This document shows, piece after piece, positions 12,131 through 24,801 of a stretch of DNA of 64,000 bases. The notes under the pieces were generated by a model. That model was given only the letters and a program-made list of their open reading frames with translations, had not been told where the DNA came from and searched no databases. This DNA is from Rhodosorus marinus CCMP1338 (Eukaryota; Plantae; Rhodophyta). A program made the position numbers and the translations under genes. The stretch lies in assembly GCA_029953675.1 (NCBI GenBank), contig JAMWBK010000009.1, forward strand, positions 1,426,001 through 1,490,000, in the 5' to 3' direction. Each line of letters starts with the position of its first letter. The stretch's first letter is position 1.

Positions 12131-13242
12131 TCACTCCAGGATCATGTTATCGATGAGCCTCGTCTTTCCTATATGACCGGCGATTGCTAGTATACCAGTT
12201 TTGACCGTCCCTTCTTGCTCCTTCATGTTATTCATGTCGGCAACGCTGACGTAGTCCAGCGTGAAGCCCTCTTCCTTGCCAGCTTCGGATTTGACGATGT
12301 TTCTCAACTCATCGGCATCTGTTTCACCGTTTTTGAACGCTGAAACACCTGCAGTAAGTGCGCTGTACAAAATAGTTGCTTTCGATCTTTCCTCTCGATT
12401 CAGGTAAGCGTTTCTGCTGCTCAAGGCCAAACCATCATGTTCCCTATGGGAGGGGACGACCAAAGCGAGGTTAGTCTTTCAGATCTCGAGCTGGCGCCTT
12501 GCCTGGCATAGTCGCTATCTTGGTTTTTACCTGACAGTTGGCTCTATGATGATTTCCACTGGCACGTTTAGATCCCGTACGGTGTTCTGAATAACCACAC
12601 ACTGCTGGGCGTCCTTGCGCCCAAAGTATGCTCGCTTTGGTTGGATTATGTTAAAGAGTTTTAGGACAACCGTTGCAACCCCTCTGAAGAAGGTTGGTCG
12701 TGATGATCCTTCGCTGTGCGAATTTTGGCTCGATTTTCCGGATTCCGTCTCGACGTAGGTTCCGAAGCCTTCAGGGGAAAACGGAAGGGTTCAGCTAATA
12801 GAAAGATGGCTGACGGTTTCATGGAACCAGCGATTTTGTGCGGGGATTTAAAGGTCGGACTTACCTGGCGGATATATTTGGTCCCGAGGTGGCATGAAAA
12901 CAGCGTCAACCCCTAGCAATCTACATGTTTCCAAATCCCCCTCCTCATCCCGCGGGTAAGCCTCGAGATCTTCGCCGGGAGCGAACTGTGCAGGATTGAC
13001 GAATATGGTGGCAACGAGTATCTTGTTCTGCTCACGGGCGGCTCTAATCAATGACTTCAACCATAGATATTAAATAGTCACTGTTAGTTATCTGAGAAAG
13101 TCTCGTCTAGTATTCGCCAAGAACTAGCTGCTCTCACCTCGTGCCCTCGGTGTAAGTATCCCATTGTAGTGACCACGCCAACATCACCAACCACTGCCTC
13201 TCTCCAAGACCGAAAGTCCTCTATGGATTCTAATACTTTCAT
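12131..13242 (-). CDS. panC: Pantoate-beta-alanine ligase (pantothenate synthetase); 4 exons
   Basis: Motifs: [11 protein letters not shown] (HxGH), [76 protein letters not shown]. An in-frame ATG at 13290 is an alternative start. Confidence 0.95.
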
Positions 13243-14480
13243 CTGGAGAGAATCGCTGGACAATTCTTTTCGTTTCACTTGGAGCTCCATCCCGTGCGAA
13301 CGTGCATCAAAATCCCGATCTTCTCCGTCACGCCTGAGCTTCGTCTACTGATACTTGTCCCAATTCCAAAGACAACAGAAAATCTACGACCAAACATAAA
13401 AGCCCTACATACTCGTACAAAGAACAGTCACGTTCACAGTAAGCGTGCAAGGCATAAAATCCACACACCGATGAAAGATCAAAGGGCCTCTTTGTCGATA
13501 TGGCTAGTCCCCCAAAATGAATCCTCCGATCAATCCAGTTGACACACACAAACTGCTCAATCTACAATGAAAGAAGATGTAATAGTTAGATGGGCGAACC
13601 GAGTTCAGACCTTGGAGAGCATTTCAAACTCCTCTCTGGAATCCAACAAATATTCGTCCACACCTTCTACAAACCTTCCGCCCCCTTTGCCTTCCAAAAG
13701 AGTACTGAAAATCCCCTCTATCCGAAACATCGAACAACCACCGGCACCGAGAGGGTGTTCAAATTGACTTACGTAATCTAATTATTTACCAAATAATAGA
13801 CATATTTAACCAATTATCATCTTTGATATTTTTAAATGATTGATCCATCGAGATATTTCTGACCTCATCTATCACCGATAATTTATCATCAATACAAAAA
13901 TCTACTTCTTCGAGAAAATGACTGACACTGACTTCATTAATAAAATAATAAATACAATTTATCCAATACTTTTTCTTCTGAAAACTTTTGGATTGATCGA
14001 TTGAGATATTTCTCATATCGATTTTCATCTCGAGGATACAATCGGGTCCTTCATAAAATATTATTTATTCAAAATAGCAGTGGAGCACTAGGTTCAACAG
14101 TACGTGACAATTAGAATACATGGTTTTTACTTTATAGTATGCATAAAAGGATGTACTAATGTATATAATAAAACTGAGAACGTATTTACGAGGATACTAA
14201 GAACTATTGTGTCTGTACTATGATGTATATTTGTCACTTGGATTCCTTTTTTGGGGGTTGACACGGCGCTGGAGATACACACATTTTGTGTATCTAGATG
14301 GAGGGGAAGGGATGTGGTGAGAAGGATGGTAAGGTTGGCAGAAGGCAGTAAGAGTTTCATTGAGGGTTTTAAGTGTTTGGGAAGGAGAGCAAGTGGAGGA
14401 GTACTGTTTGTTCCGGCAGGAATTGTGGTTGTTGTTTTTTCCTTGTTGATTGATAGTCTGTCTTTTTTCGAGTTTTCGAG

Positions 14481-15637
14481 ATGGGTTTCGCGTTCGTTGG
14501 ACTGGGCTCGACGTTTATTTCGGGGAGGGGAGATGCGAGGGCTGTGAGCCCTCTCAGGCGTGTTGGGGCGCAGCCTGTGAGACAGACTGTGCGCACGAAT
14601 ATGACTGCGGTATGAAGCCAAACGGCATTTGTTTCTTTGATGGGATGTGCAGTTGCTCAATCGATTAGCGGCTTAATAGATGGGAAAATTTGTTGAACGT
14701 ATTAAATTTTTGATAGGTATCACCTGAGTCTGCGACTAAGATTAACGTCACGGGAAATAACATTGATTTGACAGATTCCCTCAGAAATTACGTCCAGGAG
14801 AAGATTGGCAAGTCGATTCAGAAGTACCTGCAGTTCATCACAAAGGTAAAGATTTTTGCGGACTTGATGAAATTCAGATTAGTTTCTGAAGTGAGCTTTG
14901 AATTGGATGCACGTGGAATCGGAAAGGTCGACGTGCACTTGTCCGTTGCGCATAATCCGTCCATCAAGCACGCGCAAGCGGCAGAGGTAGTTGTCTTCGC
15001 GGTTGGAACAGTGATGAGAGCGGAAGTTAAGATGGAGAACGCCTACTCATCGATAGACTTGGTGGCAGACAAGATTTCCCGCAAGCTCAGAAAGTACAAG
15101 GAGCGAAAGGAGCGCAGCAAGGACCGATCGAAGGAGAAGACGTCCGAGGTACGTTCCATCATTTGATTGTCTTTCGGTCTACGGGCAAAGTGAAGAGTGG
15201 CTGATTGACGGATCTGATCGATGTGCAGATTGCTAGACGAATTGCAGACAGCGAAGAAGAGCTGGAGGAGGAAGTAAGCGAAGATGTATCGGTGAGTCTA
15301 CCCTGGGTAACCTCTGCCTAAGAGCACACCTTTGTTCAATGAAAAACTGCACTCTCTTCCACAGACGCCGGACCTCCGAGAAATCGTGAAAGTTAAAGAG
15401 TTCCAGATGCCAGCTCAGACAGTGGAAGATGCGGTAGGCAAAGTATCTTCAGCGTTCATGGCGTTCCACTACTGTACTAACAATTCTGATTTCATGGACG
15501 TTCCTGGACAGGCGCTGTGCTTGGAGTACATTGATCACGACTTCTATGTCTTCAGAGACTCTGAGACCAACGAGATCAATGTTCTATATAAGCGCAATCA
15601 CGGTGGGCTTGGTTTGATCAAGCCGGAGAATGCTTAA
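14481..15637 (+). CDS. PSRP1: Plastid-targeted ribosome hibernation factor PSRP1 (long HPF / sigma54-modulation family); 6 exons
   Basis: Exon 1 (14481-14609) encodes a transit-peptide-like MGFAFVGLGSTFISGR...RTNMTA. HPF core: INVTGNNIDLTDSLRNYVQEKIGK, VDVHLSV, YSSIDLVADKISRKLRKYKER. C-terminal domain: VKVKEFQMPAQTVEDA/ALCLEYIDHDFYVFRDSETNEINVLYKRNHGGLGLIKP. Confidence 0.9.
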
Positions 15638-17042
15638 GGTTGCACTGGCGTAAAGAGTCCCCGAGGCTTTTTAAGCCACGAGAAGTAGACCTAGGGAGCC
15701 AGGTTTAGTCGTTGCTTAATCCGATCCTTTTCAGAATGAGTTGTAGAGACTAAATAATGGAAAAATAGTTGTCCATGCAAACCATACCATCAAAAGGGAG
15801 TTGGCCAAGGTCGTTTTCATCTACAGATGTGCGCCCGCGAATTGTCAGTTGTAATAGGAACATTAGAGAGTCATAAGGGAAGGTGAGAATCTTTGGGGGG
15901 ACGTTAAGCGGCGACTAGCCTCCAGAATATTTGGAAGGAATTAGCCTGCGAGGTACATGGGTTTGCCTCTAGCAGATGCCGAGATCGTCAATTGTGAGCC
16001 AGACCTGTATCAATTTTGAGTAAACGACGAAGTCAGATGCGTTTCGTGCAACCGCGTAGGGTCTAGTTCATGCATCCAGTCGCATATCGAAAAGGAAAGA
16101 TCAAAGTACTCAATTATCATCAGCATCTCGTTTCTGCGAGGAGTGCACAGAGGAAACCCACATCAATGCTCGGCGCAGCTCAAAATCATGGAAGCGAAGC
16201 GAAGCCTCCGAACCACGCGCAGGGTTCACCGCGCTCGTCAAAAAGGCGAGCGAAGGTGACTTCAAATACTATGTTCGCCACCGGATGCGATTCCTAGAAC
16301 TGGTACCTTCTTGCTATGTTCATATAGAATCTTGCGCAGCTCCGCCGGTGAACGAACAGGCTTGGTGGGTGGTCAGCTCAAGAATGGCGCACATGTGGGA
16401 CTGAAACCCATTCCGCCTTTACTTATCATACCTTTACGAGAAGTCTCAATTTTCCAGCTCTAGCGTACACAGCGAATCGTCACCCGCCTGGATAGAAACT
16501 TCGATAGTGAACGAAGTGATCGATTGGGAGAAAGGCGTCTATATCAGCCGATCTTAGTCGCCCAACTACCAGATGGCATTTTCAGGAACGACCATCAGCT
16601 TGCTCTGCCTAGGTACCTCATCTTCACCAGCTCGGATACTCAATGAGGTGAATGAACAGACTTTATATATTTGTAGGCATTTATCTGTCTTCATTTCTTT
16701 TTCAATCAGCAGAAGATCTTTTCATCCTTTTTCATGTACATGAAGAGCGATCGAAGGGAAGTCTTCTAGAAGGTCGGATGAACATTTGAAAAGGACATGG
16801 AATTAGATTTCATGAATGAGCCATGACGAAACTTGATTCCTGTCATTCACGCTGAGGTAGCGAGAAGCTGGCATCGAACAGCATTTCTCTAGTGAGGAAA
16901 GGTAGTGGGGTTTGGAATGGGAAACTCCTTTGACGACGAAGAAACCATGTCTTGAAGAAGCTCCAAAGGAAGAGATTTATTGTTGGAGGCTTTTCTCCGG
17001 CAGTGGTCTAGTTGCTGTCAGCGGAAATCTGACGCTGTATGA

Positions 17043-20000
17043 ATGAATAACACGGAGTCTGAATGGAAACCTGCGCCTACTGATCCTGAGACTCTAAGGA
17101 GGGTACGGTGATCAATTTTCAGAGGTCTTTTTTATAGGTTTTGTTGAGCGAGAAAGGCTGCTACTCTAGCTGTCTCAAAGTTAAGTTTGTTTTTGGGGGG
17201 TTTTCTCTAGGTACGCGTGGCTGTTAAGGCTACAGCGTCCGCAGCGGATGTCGCCCGTCTTCGATCCTTCATTGTCCATGAAGCAAAGGGCATCATTCCC
17301 CATGAGGTCCGTGGAGGGGTTTGGATGCACTTGCTTAAAGTTAACAGCGATGAAGTCTACGCAGAAACGTCAGATCAGTTCGCCAAGCGGGCCATGGAAA
17401 GCGTGAGGGATGATAACTCCAAAGAGCAGATTCTGAAGGACGTCACCCGGACGAGACCTAGCCTCGAAACTTTCAAACAGACGCACGTCAGAAACGCCTT
17501 GACAAAACTTCTCTCTCTGTTCTGTCAACGTCAGGGTGTCAGGTACACCCCTCCTCTCACTGGCCATGACTTGTATCCCTGCTTTCTAGTCTATTCCCCT
17601 GAACCAACGCTGAAATTCTACGCGATACCAGCTACATTCAAGGCTTCAACGAGCTTTTGGTTCCCTTTTTGCTCCTCGATGACGTTGGACAGAATCCAAG
17701 ACTCATTTATGCGTTATACACTGCTTTCCTTAAAACTTTCGTTCCCTGGGTGCTCGATTCTGCAGAACACAAGGTAACTCTCCAAGCCAGAAGGGTGTCT
17801 AGCGCATACTCAATTTGATTCTTCGCTGATAAGAGCATTCCTATTGCCTCCCTCCCCCCTCCCTCCGCCCCTGCCTTCTTTAAAAACTCATGCGTTAGGT
17901 TTTCGAAGTCCTGAAGAGGGCGTTTAGATACTTTGGACGACTTCTTTTGTACTTCGATCCCAACCTCTTTTGGATGCTCGACAGCTACTTCATGACCCCG
18001 GACATTTACGCGACGAGTTGGCTGGTTACTATTTTCGCACGAAACTTTACCGTTGAGGCGACCTACGCGTTGTGGGACTTGCTTCTACTCGAGGTGAGGG
18101 CCGAACATAACTGAGGATCATCATGAGAACTGGCGTGCATCGCTTTTCCGGTTTCACCGATAGCTAACAAGAACATTTTCCTTTCGTTGAATTTCGCACT
18201 GCGTCATTTCGTTCGCCCCAGGACAATGCTTTGTCGACCTACTTCTTCGCTGTCGCTCTAATATTGTCGAAAAGAGATGAAATCCTCACCTGCGATGAAT
18301 CCCATCTACCCGAGATCCTTATGAACATGTCCGCCACGACGGTGGAAGAGGTGCATCGATTATGGAAAGTTGGCAACGAGCTGCGGGTAGCACAGGCACC
18401 TCCTTCCTTCCAGCGGTTGATGGCCTCCAGACTATTAAGGCCTCTGGAAAAAGCCAACGCGTCAGCTCTGAACGCTGCAAAGTCGTTGGCTGGCGCGGTA
18501 GGCTGTCATTTCAAAAAACTGACTGTGGCGGTCACAACCAATGACCCAACATGAGGGACGCAGCCGGAGACCTATTTCTCATACCAGATGCAACTCTTGT
18601 CTGTTTCCTGTTTCGTGGCGATCAAACAATAGGTAACAGTGCAGACGACGCTTGAAGATATCATGCCTGGTGGACCTCTTCACTTCTTCACGTGGGATTG
18701 CAGACCAGACGAGATTGTTCGTTGTGGAAAGATTGCTCAGGCAGCAGTATTACCCCTGGATGCTTTGCGGAACGCAGGTAATATCACAGAGCTAGGAAAG
18801 CACTGTTCACCCGTTGATTAAGGCAGATACAGCATAGGACTGACCAGCTCTGAATTCTCAGATGACTTGATAAAGGCGAATAGAGGCAACGAAGTTGAGC
18901 AGGAGTTAGATCAAGCGGTAGAGATGAACCGAACGTTGAGTGGTAGCTCCCACATTTGTCTAATTGGATCGGGAGAACCCGAGCTTGACGAGCTCGACGT
19001 CAATCCCTTAGCTCTGAGGTTAACTCAGGCAAGTATTCCTGGGTGCAACGAGAGCATATCTTCTATGTATCAGTCAATGGCTGACTCGGTTAGCTCGGGG
19101 ATGGTGTTAATTCGCGCACAGGAAGGTATACCCTGCGTGTCAACACTGAGAGGCGGGTTTAAGGAGGTTTTGAGCTCGATGGACAACGGAAACCCGGACA
19201 ATGTTGAGCTTGTGGATTTGGACAGAAAGTCAATGCAGGAGGCTATCATGAGGAGGACAAAGAAGAGGAGCCCAAGTCCGAAGAGCAAGGATCCAAAAGC
19301 CAAATATGTTTCTTATTTATCTGAAAAGTCTGACGCCGAAGTTAAGGAGGTCCTGAACTCGATGCTGACTTCCCGTCAGCTGGTGTCGAGACCTATCGTC
19401 CTCCCAAGCGCGGACGTCGACCTGTTCACCACAACGGGGAATATGCCTCAACTCGAAACTGGGTCTCCGAGTAATCCCGCAATGGTAATATCATGTCTTG
19501 CGCCACCGTCTCCCCCGGTCATGCACTTCGCGCGGTTGTGCTCAGTGCTTAGTTAGCTAGGGCCCGTTTGTGAGATTGACTGACTTGGATTTCAATGGCA
19601 ATGGTACAGGGCGAGAGGCGACCGGCAGAATTCAACCTGCTCACGGACTTGGTCATTGGTCCGGAACCGCAAAAGTCTCCGGTGGGTGCTCCGTCAGCAG
19701 GAAGTGCGGCGTCGAACTCCCAACCGCAAGGCCAATTGAAGGGTTCGAAATATCTGCTTGATGACCTTCTACACCCATTCTCGGAGGATTCAGCGAAGGA
19801 CTCGAAGAAAGTGCAGAAAGACCCGCTTGAGGACTTGTTCAATCCGTTCGCGGACGCAACGGCGAAAGACTCTCCCAAAGAAGAGCGCTCGAAGAATCCA
19901 TTCGCGGACGTTCGCGAACGAAGCATGACAAGAACGGTGGAGAAACCGAAGGTATGTCATAATGTCGTTGGCCTCACCTGAGTTCAAGCTAGGCTTTGGA

Positions 20001-20593
20001 TCGGGACTGAGACCTTGTACACCTCCGTTGTCTTGCATCCATCAGCCTGAGTTCAGTCTTGAGGAAGCCAAAGCATTCTGGGGCAAGTCTGCGTTCGCGG
20101 GCTGGCTTGACGAGAAAAGCATGGCGTATCCACCGTCGGGTATACACAAAGGTGAGCTGTCGCACACAACACCCCACTTAGTCCGAAGTGGTCGGGATCC
20201 GAGTATTCCTGACTAGGCCCATTGCAACGTCTAGGTTTTACGCTAAACGTTGAGAATGAAGGAGCCATGCAGGGAATACAAATTTTTCCGTGCTGGGCTG
20301 ACTCGTCCCAGCCGAAGAAGGTGCCTGTTGTAGTCTATTTAGGCGTATCTGTGAGGTACATTTTATTTCTGCTGCCTCATCGGTCGAGCTCACACCAAAT
20401 GGAGCTTTCGATTTTGCGGCGTATGTCCGATCTTAAGAAGATTTCTTTCCGCAAGCATGAACCAGACTGCATGACCTTGGAGTTTGGACAAAATCGGTCC
20501 ACGGATTCCGAGTCGTTTTCCGTACGCATCATGGACGGTAGACAGGATGCGATTGCCTTGATTACCAAATACAAGGCTGCAACTAGAAGCTGA
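17043..20593 (+). CDS. TBC1D23: TBC1D23-like protein (TBC + rhodanese-like + C-terminal PH-like domain); about 10 exons
   Basis: TBC: VRGGVWMHLL, ILKDVTRT, YIQGFNELL, YATSWLVTIFARNF, LWDLLLL. Rhodanese: WDCRP, HICLIGSG, VSTLRGGF. C-terminus: LKKISFRKHEPDCMTLEFG, resembling the TBC1D23 KITSKKKHPELITFKYG segment. Confidence 0.85.
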
Positions 20594-21347
20594 TATGTAA
20601 CTAAAATGACTTTAGACCATATGCAAAATCTTAACAGACCCTGGATTTTGGAAGCATCTGTTGCAAAATCAGTTACACTCACCGTGGGAGTTGCGGAAAG
20701 GGATCTGCCCCAGCGTGCAACGCTAACGCGAAGCTGCTGGTTCTTGGAGGAGCTCGGAAGTTCGCACTGCAACAAGAAAACTGGAGGAAAACAGCTCCCC
20801 TCCGGATCAATTGAACCTTTTCCAGAATGAAAAAAGTTGAATTTGGCCAGTGTTGCGCAACTTCAAATCGATTGGTAGCCAAATATTTCGAAAAACTCCG
20901 GTCTCGTTGGTCTAAATTCTGCGCTTCCGCGTTCTGGTTTTCTCCTAGTTCCTGGCTGGGGTTGGAATTCTCTGATGAGGTTGGAAACCGACTCTGGCGA
21001 TGACGATATTTCCACAGCTATCCGCAAACCAGACTTGTACTCGGTCTAGCACGGCCAGAATAGTAGTCATCCGTTTATTCAGAGCCTAACTAAATAATAC
21101 AAGGGTGAAGATAAAACCCTCTCCTCGAGGACTTTTTTCTTCAACAAAACGACTATTCAATCAGGGTGAACAAGACGAACCACCACACGCTCCCTTCCAG
21201 AAACTCGCTAGGTTTTTGAATTCGTCTTTGGGATATCCCATCAATCAGCCTACTCCACGACATGCGATCATTGGCACTCGATTCATTAACCTCCCAATTT
21301 AAAGAAAAGTCTGTGAGTCTGTAACGGAAGAAAACAAAACTTTTTTG

Positions 21348-22080
21348 TCATGAACCCTCATGCAAAAAAAAAGAGAAAAAGCGAAGCCTTGAGTAAGGGT
21401 AAGTTCGTAAGCCGGATCGCTTGGATGGCGGCGGCATCAACGAGCGATGGTTAGTACGACACGCTCCCCATCTCCGACAGAAGGCTCCCGTATTTATCAT
21501 AGTAGCTACCTTGTTTTCCAATGGCGACAGTCTAAAGGGGCTCCGAAATAATGAAGAGACAATTCGCCCGTACTCCAAACATTTCCTCGGAAAGGGTAGA
21601 CGAGCTCGAGGGTAGTGAAGCCTTCAGGAAGTTGAAGCTCGTAATCCGGATCGCCTGAATTGGGCGGCGTGAAGGAAGGATGGTTGGCGACTTGCTCCCC
21701 ATCCCCAGCAGGAAAGCCGAGTGTTTATCATTGAAGCTCCTTTGAAAATGGTCCCCAATCGAGAGATGAGTTCCTTCCACAGGAGAACTGAAGACAGTCT
21801 GCCCACGTAATCCTGAAGTGACGGTGAAGATGGTCGACAGCGACTCAGAAAACTTGGAGAGGGCCGTCCTGGCTCAGATCAAGGAAAGGAAATCTACGTA
21901 GGACGGGGTGGATCAGTTGTTCGGGAACTTGAATGTGTCAATTGACACCAGTACTACTAGCCCTCCTCGGAAGATCGGAGTGATCTTATATTTGCCCGCT
22001 CATGAAGGCATGAATCCAGGATCTTCTTCCTCCTATACAAACCCCAGTATAGGAACCCTCTCAGAGGCGGTTATTTCCAT
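21348..22080 (-). pseudogene. Probable decayed protein-coding sequence (weak LRR-like resemblance)
   Basis: One minus frame runs about 240 codons with several in-frame stops. Differences between the two repeat copies fall mostly at synonymous third positions in that frame (ATT/ATC, CAG/CAA, CTG/CTC, TCA/TCG, CTA/CTT). Confidence 0.4.
21379..21765. repeat. Two diverged tandem copies of a roughly 150-bp segment, period 234 bp, inside a decayed coding region
   Basis: gaagcc...gtaagccggatcgc...ctccccatc...tttatcat begins at 21383 and gaagcc...gtaatccggatcgc...ctccccatc...tttatcat at 21617. On the minus strand they translate as IQAIRLTNLPLLKASL and IQAIRITSFNFLKASL. Confidence 0.8.
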
Positions 22081-23399
22081 ACACAACCATAAATACCTAC
22101 AGTTGTACAATAGAAAAAAAACCGTTTCTCTGGGACGTCCCATTAAATAGTTTCCCTAATAAGATAACATGCCTTATTCACGTGCGGTCGTAAAGATGAT
22201 CGAAACCCTTTTGGAAAAAGAAATTTGTAATGAGAAATTTCACTTGTTTTTAGTCGAAATGATTGAAAACGCAAAATATTAAGTTTTTTTGTTAAGTTCT
22301 CAAGAGACATTTGGATTGAATTTAGTCGGTATCTCTTGTTAGCAAGACAAAAACCGATGAGTCTAGTCAGTATTAAGCCTTTTTGACGAATCAGAATGCG
22401 GTTGTAACTTTTAGAGGAGGTTGCGAAATTGTGAAGTCGAAAACAGATGTTTTTAAGGAAATTTATGGAGGGTTTTGGATTCTTTTATGAATTCGAAAAC
22501 CCCCCTCTTTTTCTTGGAAAACGTCACCCCTTTTGCTATCATTATTCATTCGAAAATTCTACTTAGCATTTTGTTTCAATAATAGCAATAAAAAAAATTA
22601 AATGGCAAACCCGATCAAAAAAAATTGGCGTCTTACGTCAACCAACTAAAACCTCCCCCTTGAGGAGCGGGGTAAATCTTTTTTAAATTCTTGTCCCCGG
22701 GGGAATAATGAGCAAGGAAGGTAAAAATGTTTGCCCGTTAAAAAACGCTGGCCCAAGAAGGGTACATTAGCAGCAGCTGATTTTCTTTTTCATCAAAAAA
22801 CAACCACCTACTTTTGTCTCTCACTCCCCCCCTTAACATTTCTCCTAAATAGTGGAAAGTTTGATAAATTGTTTCAAATATTCTCAAGTTTCGAAAGTTA
22901 TAGTGGGATTTTTATCCCCTAAAGTATTTCATACAAAAAATTTTTGTTACACAGCTTTTGGTTTCATCCATTTGGGAGGCTCTATACTTACTATTTTTGT
23001 GGGACCTTGGAAGGGGTGAGGTGAGGTGAGGACTAAGGAGTTGGTGGGAGAAGGGGGGGGGAGGGGGAGGGTGTGGGAGACTATTTGTGTGTGTGTATAT
23101 GGGAAGGTGAAACATGGTTATAGGAAGAGAGTAGTATTATTGTGAGGAGAGCATAGTGTTAGTGTGATTTGGACGTATGTGAGATTTGCGTATTGTGAAT
23201 TTCTGGATGAAGTGTTAATTGGGTTATCTGGGAAACAGGAGTTTGTTTTGGTGAGGGAGGTGGGGTTGGTGGGGAGAGCTGGGTGGGTTGTTTTTCGTTT
23301 TGATTCTTTTAGAGTTTTGAGTTATGAAGACGGGATTTAGGAGGTGGTACTAGCGGGAAACGGGATTTTAAGGGGTTTTGAAGGGTTCTCGGAGCAGGC

Positions 23400-23843
23400 A
23401 TGACGACACAAAACGGGGGACTTGTTGAGCAGCCGCCGTCAAGGTTTGCTATTGTTGTTTCGAAGGATGAGCTGGAGAAAATCCAGGAGGAGAATCGAAC
23501 TACTCATGATGTGAGGCGGCAATTGCCAGATCAGCATGTAAGAGGGTCGGTGAGGAGGGTGGGAGGTGAGAAGGGACAGCCGGGGCATGTTCCTGGGCCG
23601 CTGGTCTTGAGCGAGGTTGATTTTACTTTTCCAATAGAGGAAAACAGCGGATCTTTCCAAAGCGAGGAGCGGGTGACAGTTGTTGAGGTTGGGCTGGAAG
23701 CCAATTCGCAAAGCACGACGTCTTCGAGCATTACGACCTCAGGAGTGAAGTCTCACCTGTCTCGCTTAACTAGAGCATGGCTCCCGATGGAGAGAAGAAA
23801 AACAAGCCCAAAGGTTGCCGATCAGGGAGCGACGGTGGAATAG
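23400..23843 (+). CDS. Hypothetical protein; probably spliced, 3' end uncertain (may extend towards 24640)
   Basis: A 147-codon ATG ORF lies directly after a G/T-rich leader (23020-23400) like those ahead of the verified + genes. There is a GTAAGA donor after PDQH. No recognisable domain. Confidence 0.35.
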   Translation: MTTQNGGLVEQPPSRFAIVVSKDELEKIQEENRTTHDVRRQLPDQHVRGSVRRVGGEKGQPGHVPGPLVLSEVDFTFPIEENSGSFQSEERVTVVEVGLEANSQSTTSSSITTSGVKSHLSRLTRAWLPMERRKTSPKVADQGATVE

Positions 23844-24801
23844 GCTTGGATAATGCATTGTAGAACTCCTTGTCGGGAATATTTCAAAGCGAGCATGGAT
23901 GGCGGTGCATCCTGCTGCTTGAAATTTCCCTGCGGAAACTTCCCGTGGCTTGTGATTGGCACAGGAAAACAGGGACTGGAAGAAGCCCCATAGTCTATTT
24001 CCCTGAAAGCAGGTTCTTCATCCAAAGGCCCATGTAGGGGAGTTTGTTGCCGGGAAGCAGTCACACCCTTTCCAGGGTGGCGAAGAGTGTAAGGGTTACC
24101 GATGTATGATTTTTTCGGATTGCATGGGAATTTGTCAATCTGCCAGCAAACTAAGTTATATATTGTGAATAAAGAATAACTTGATAGATTGGAAGTGTAA
24201 GCACAAATCGCAGTACGCGCCAGCGTCATTGCAAGACGTTTGAACTAGCGGGCTTTAAACGGCTCCTATATTGAGTCCCCTCTTATCCCTCCTTGACGCG
24301 AGCACGGGCAAGCTACGATGCCGTCAAGCCCCCACGCAACCCGCTCGCAGCTCTGCAGGCGAAATGAGCTCTGGGGAGCAATCAAATGCACCCTCAACTA
24401 TGTGAATCGGTCCACGTGCTATGTTGTCGGGAGCGTTCCGGTGGATCCCAATCTCAAGTTGCAGCAACTTGGGAAAGGTCTTTTCATGACCGTGGAGTTC
24501 CCCCCTCCCGGATGTTTGCTAGGAGAAGACTATTTCATTTTCTTCCACTCTACTAATCTCATTCTTTTGAGCGAACTCAGTATCCTTAGTACTTCAGCTT
24601 TCGAAGAACTGGACCATAGCATGTTCCTCGCGAAGCGTTAGCTTCCGAGATAGTATAGGAATGACAAGCTTGAGAACCATCGGCACCCGGCTCGCGAACA
24701 ATTACAATCTCCTTTACTTTATAAGATCAGCAAGTCATGGGATATGCACTGGGATGAATGCCATCCCCACGATATTCACGGACTCATCCTGATAGTACAA
24801 A

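Noticed and set aside
15700-16850. Gap containing an ATG-less frame of about 115 codons with CxxC motifs (16060-16404)
   Set aside because: No start, no consistent splice model and no family match; compatible with chance.
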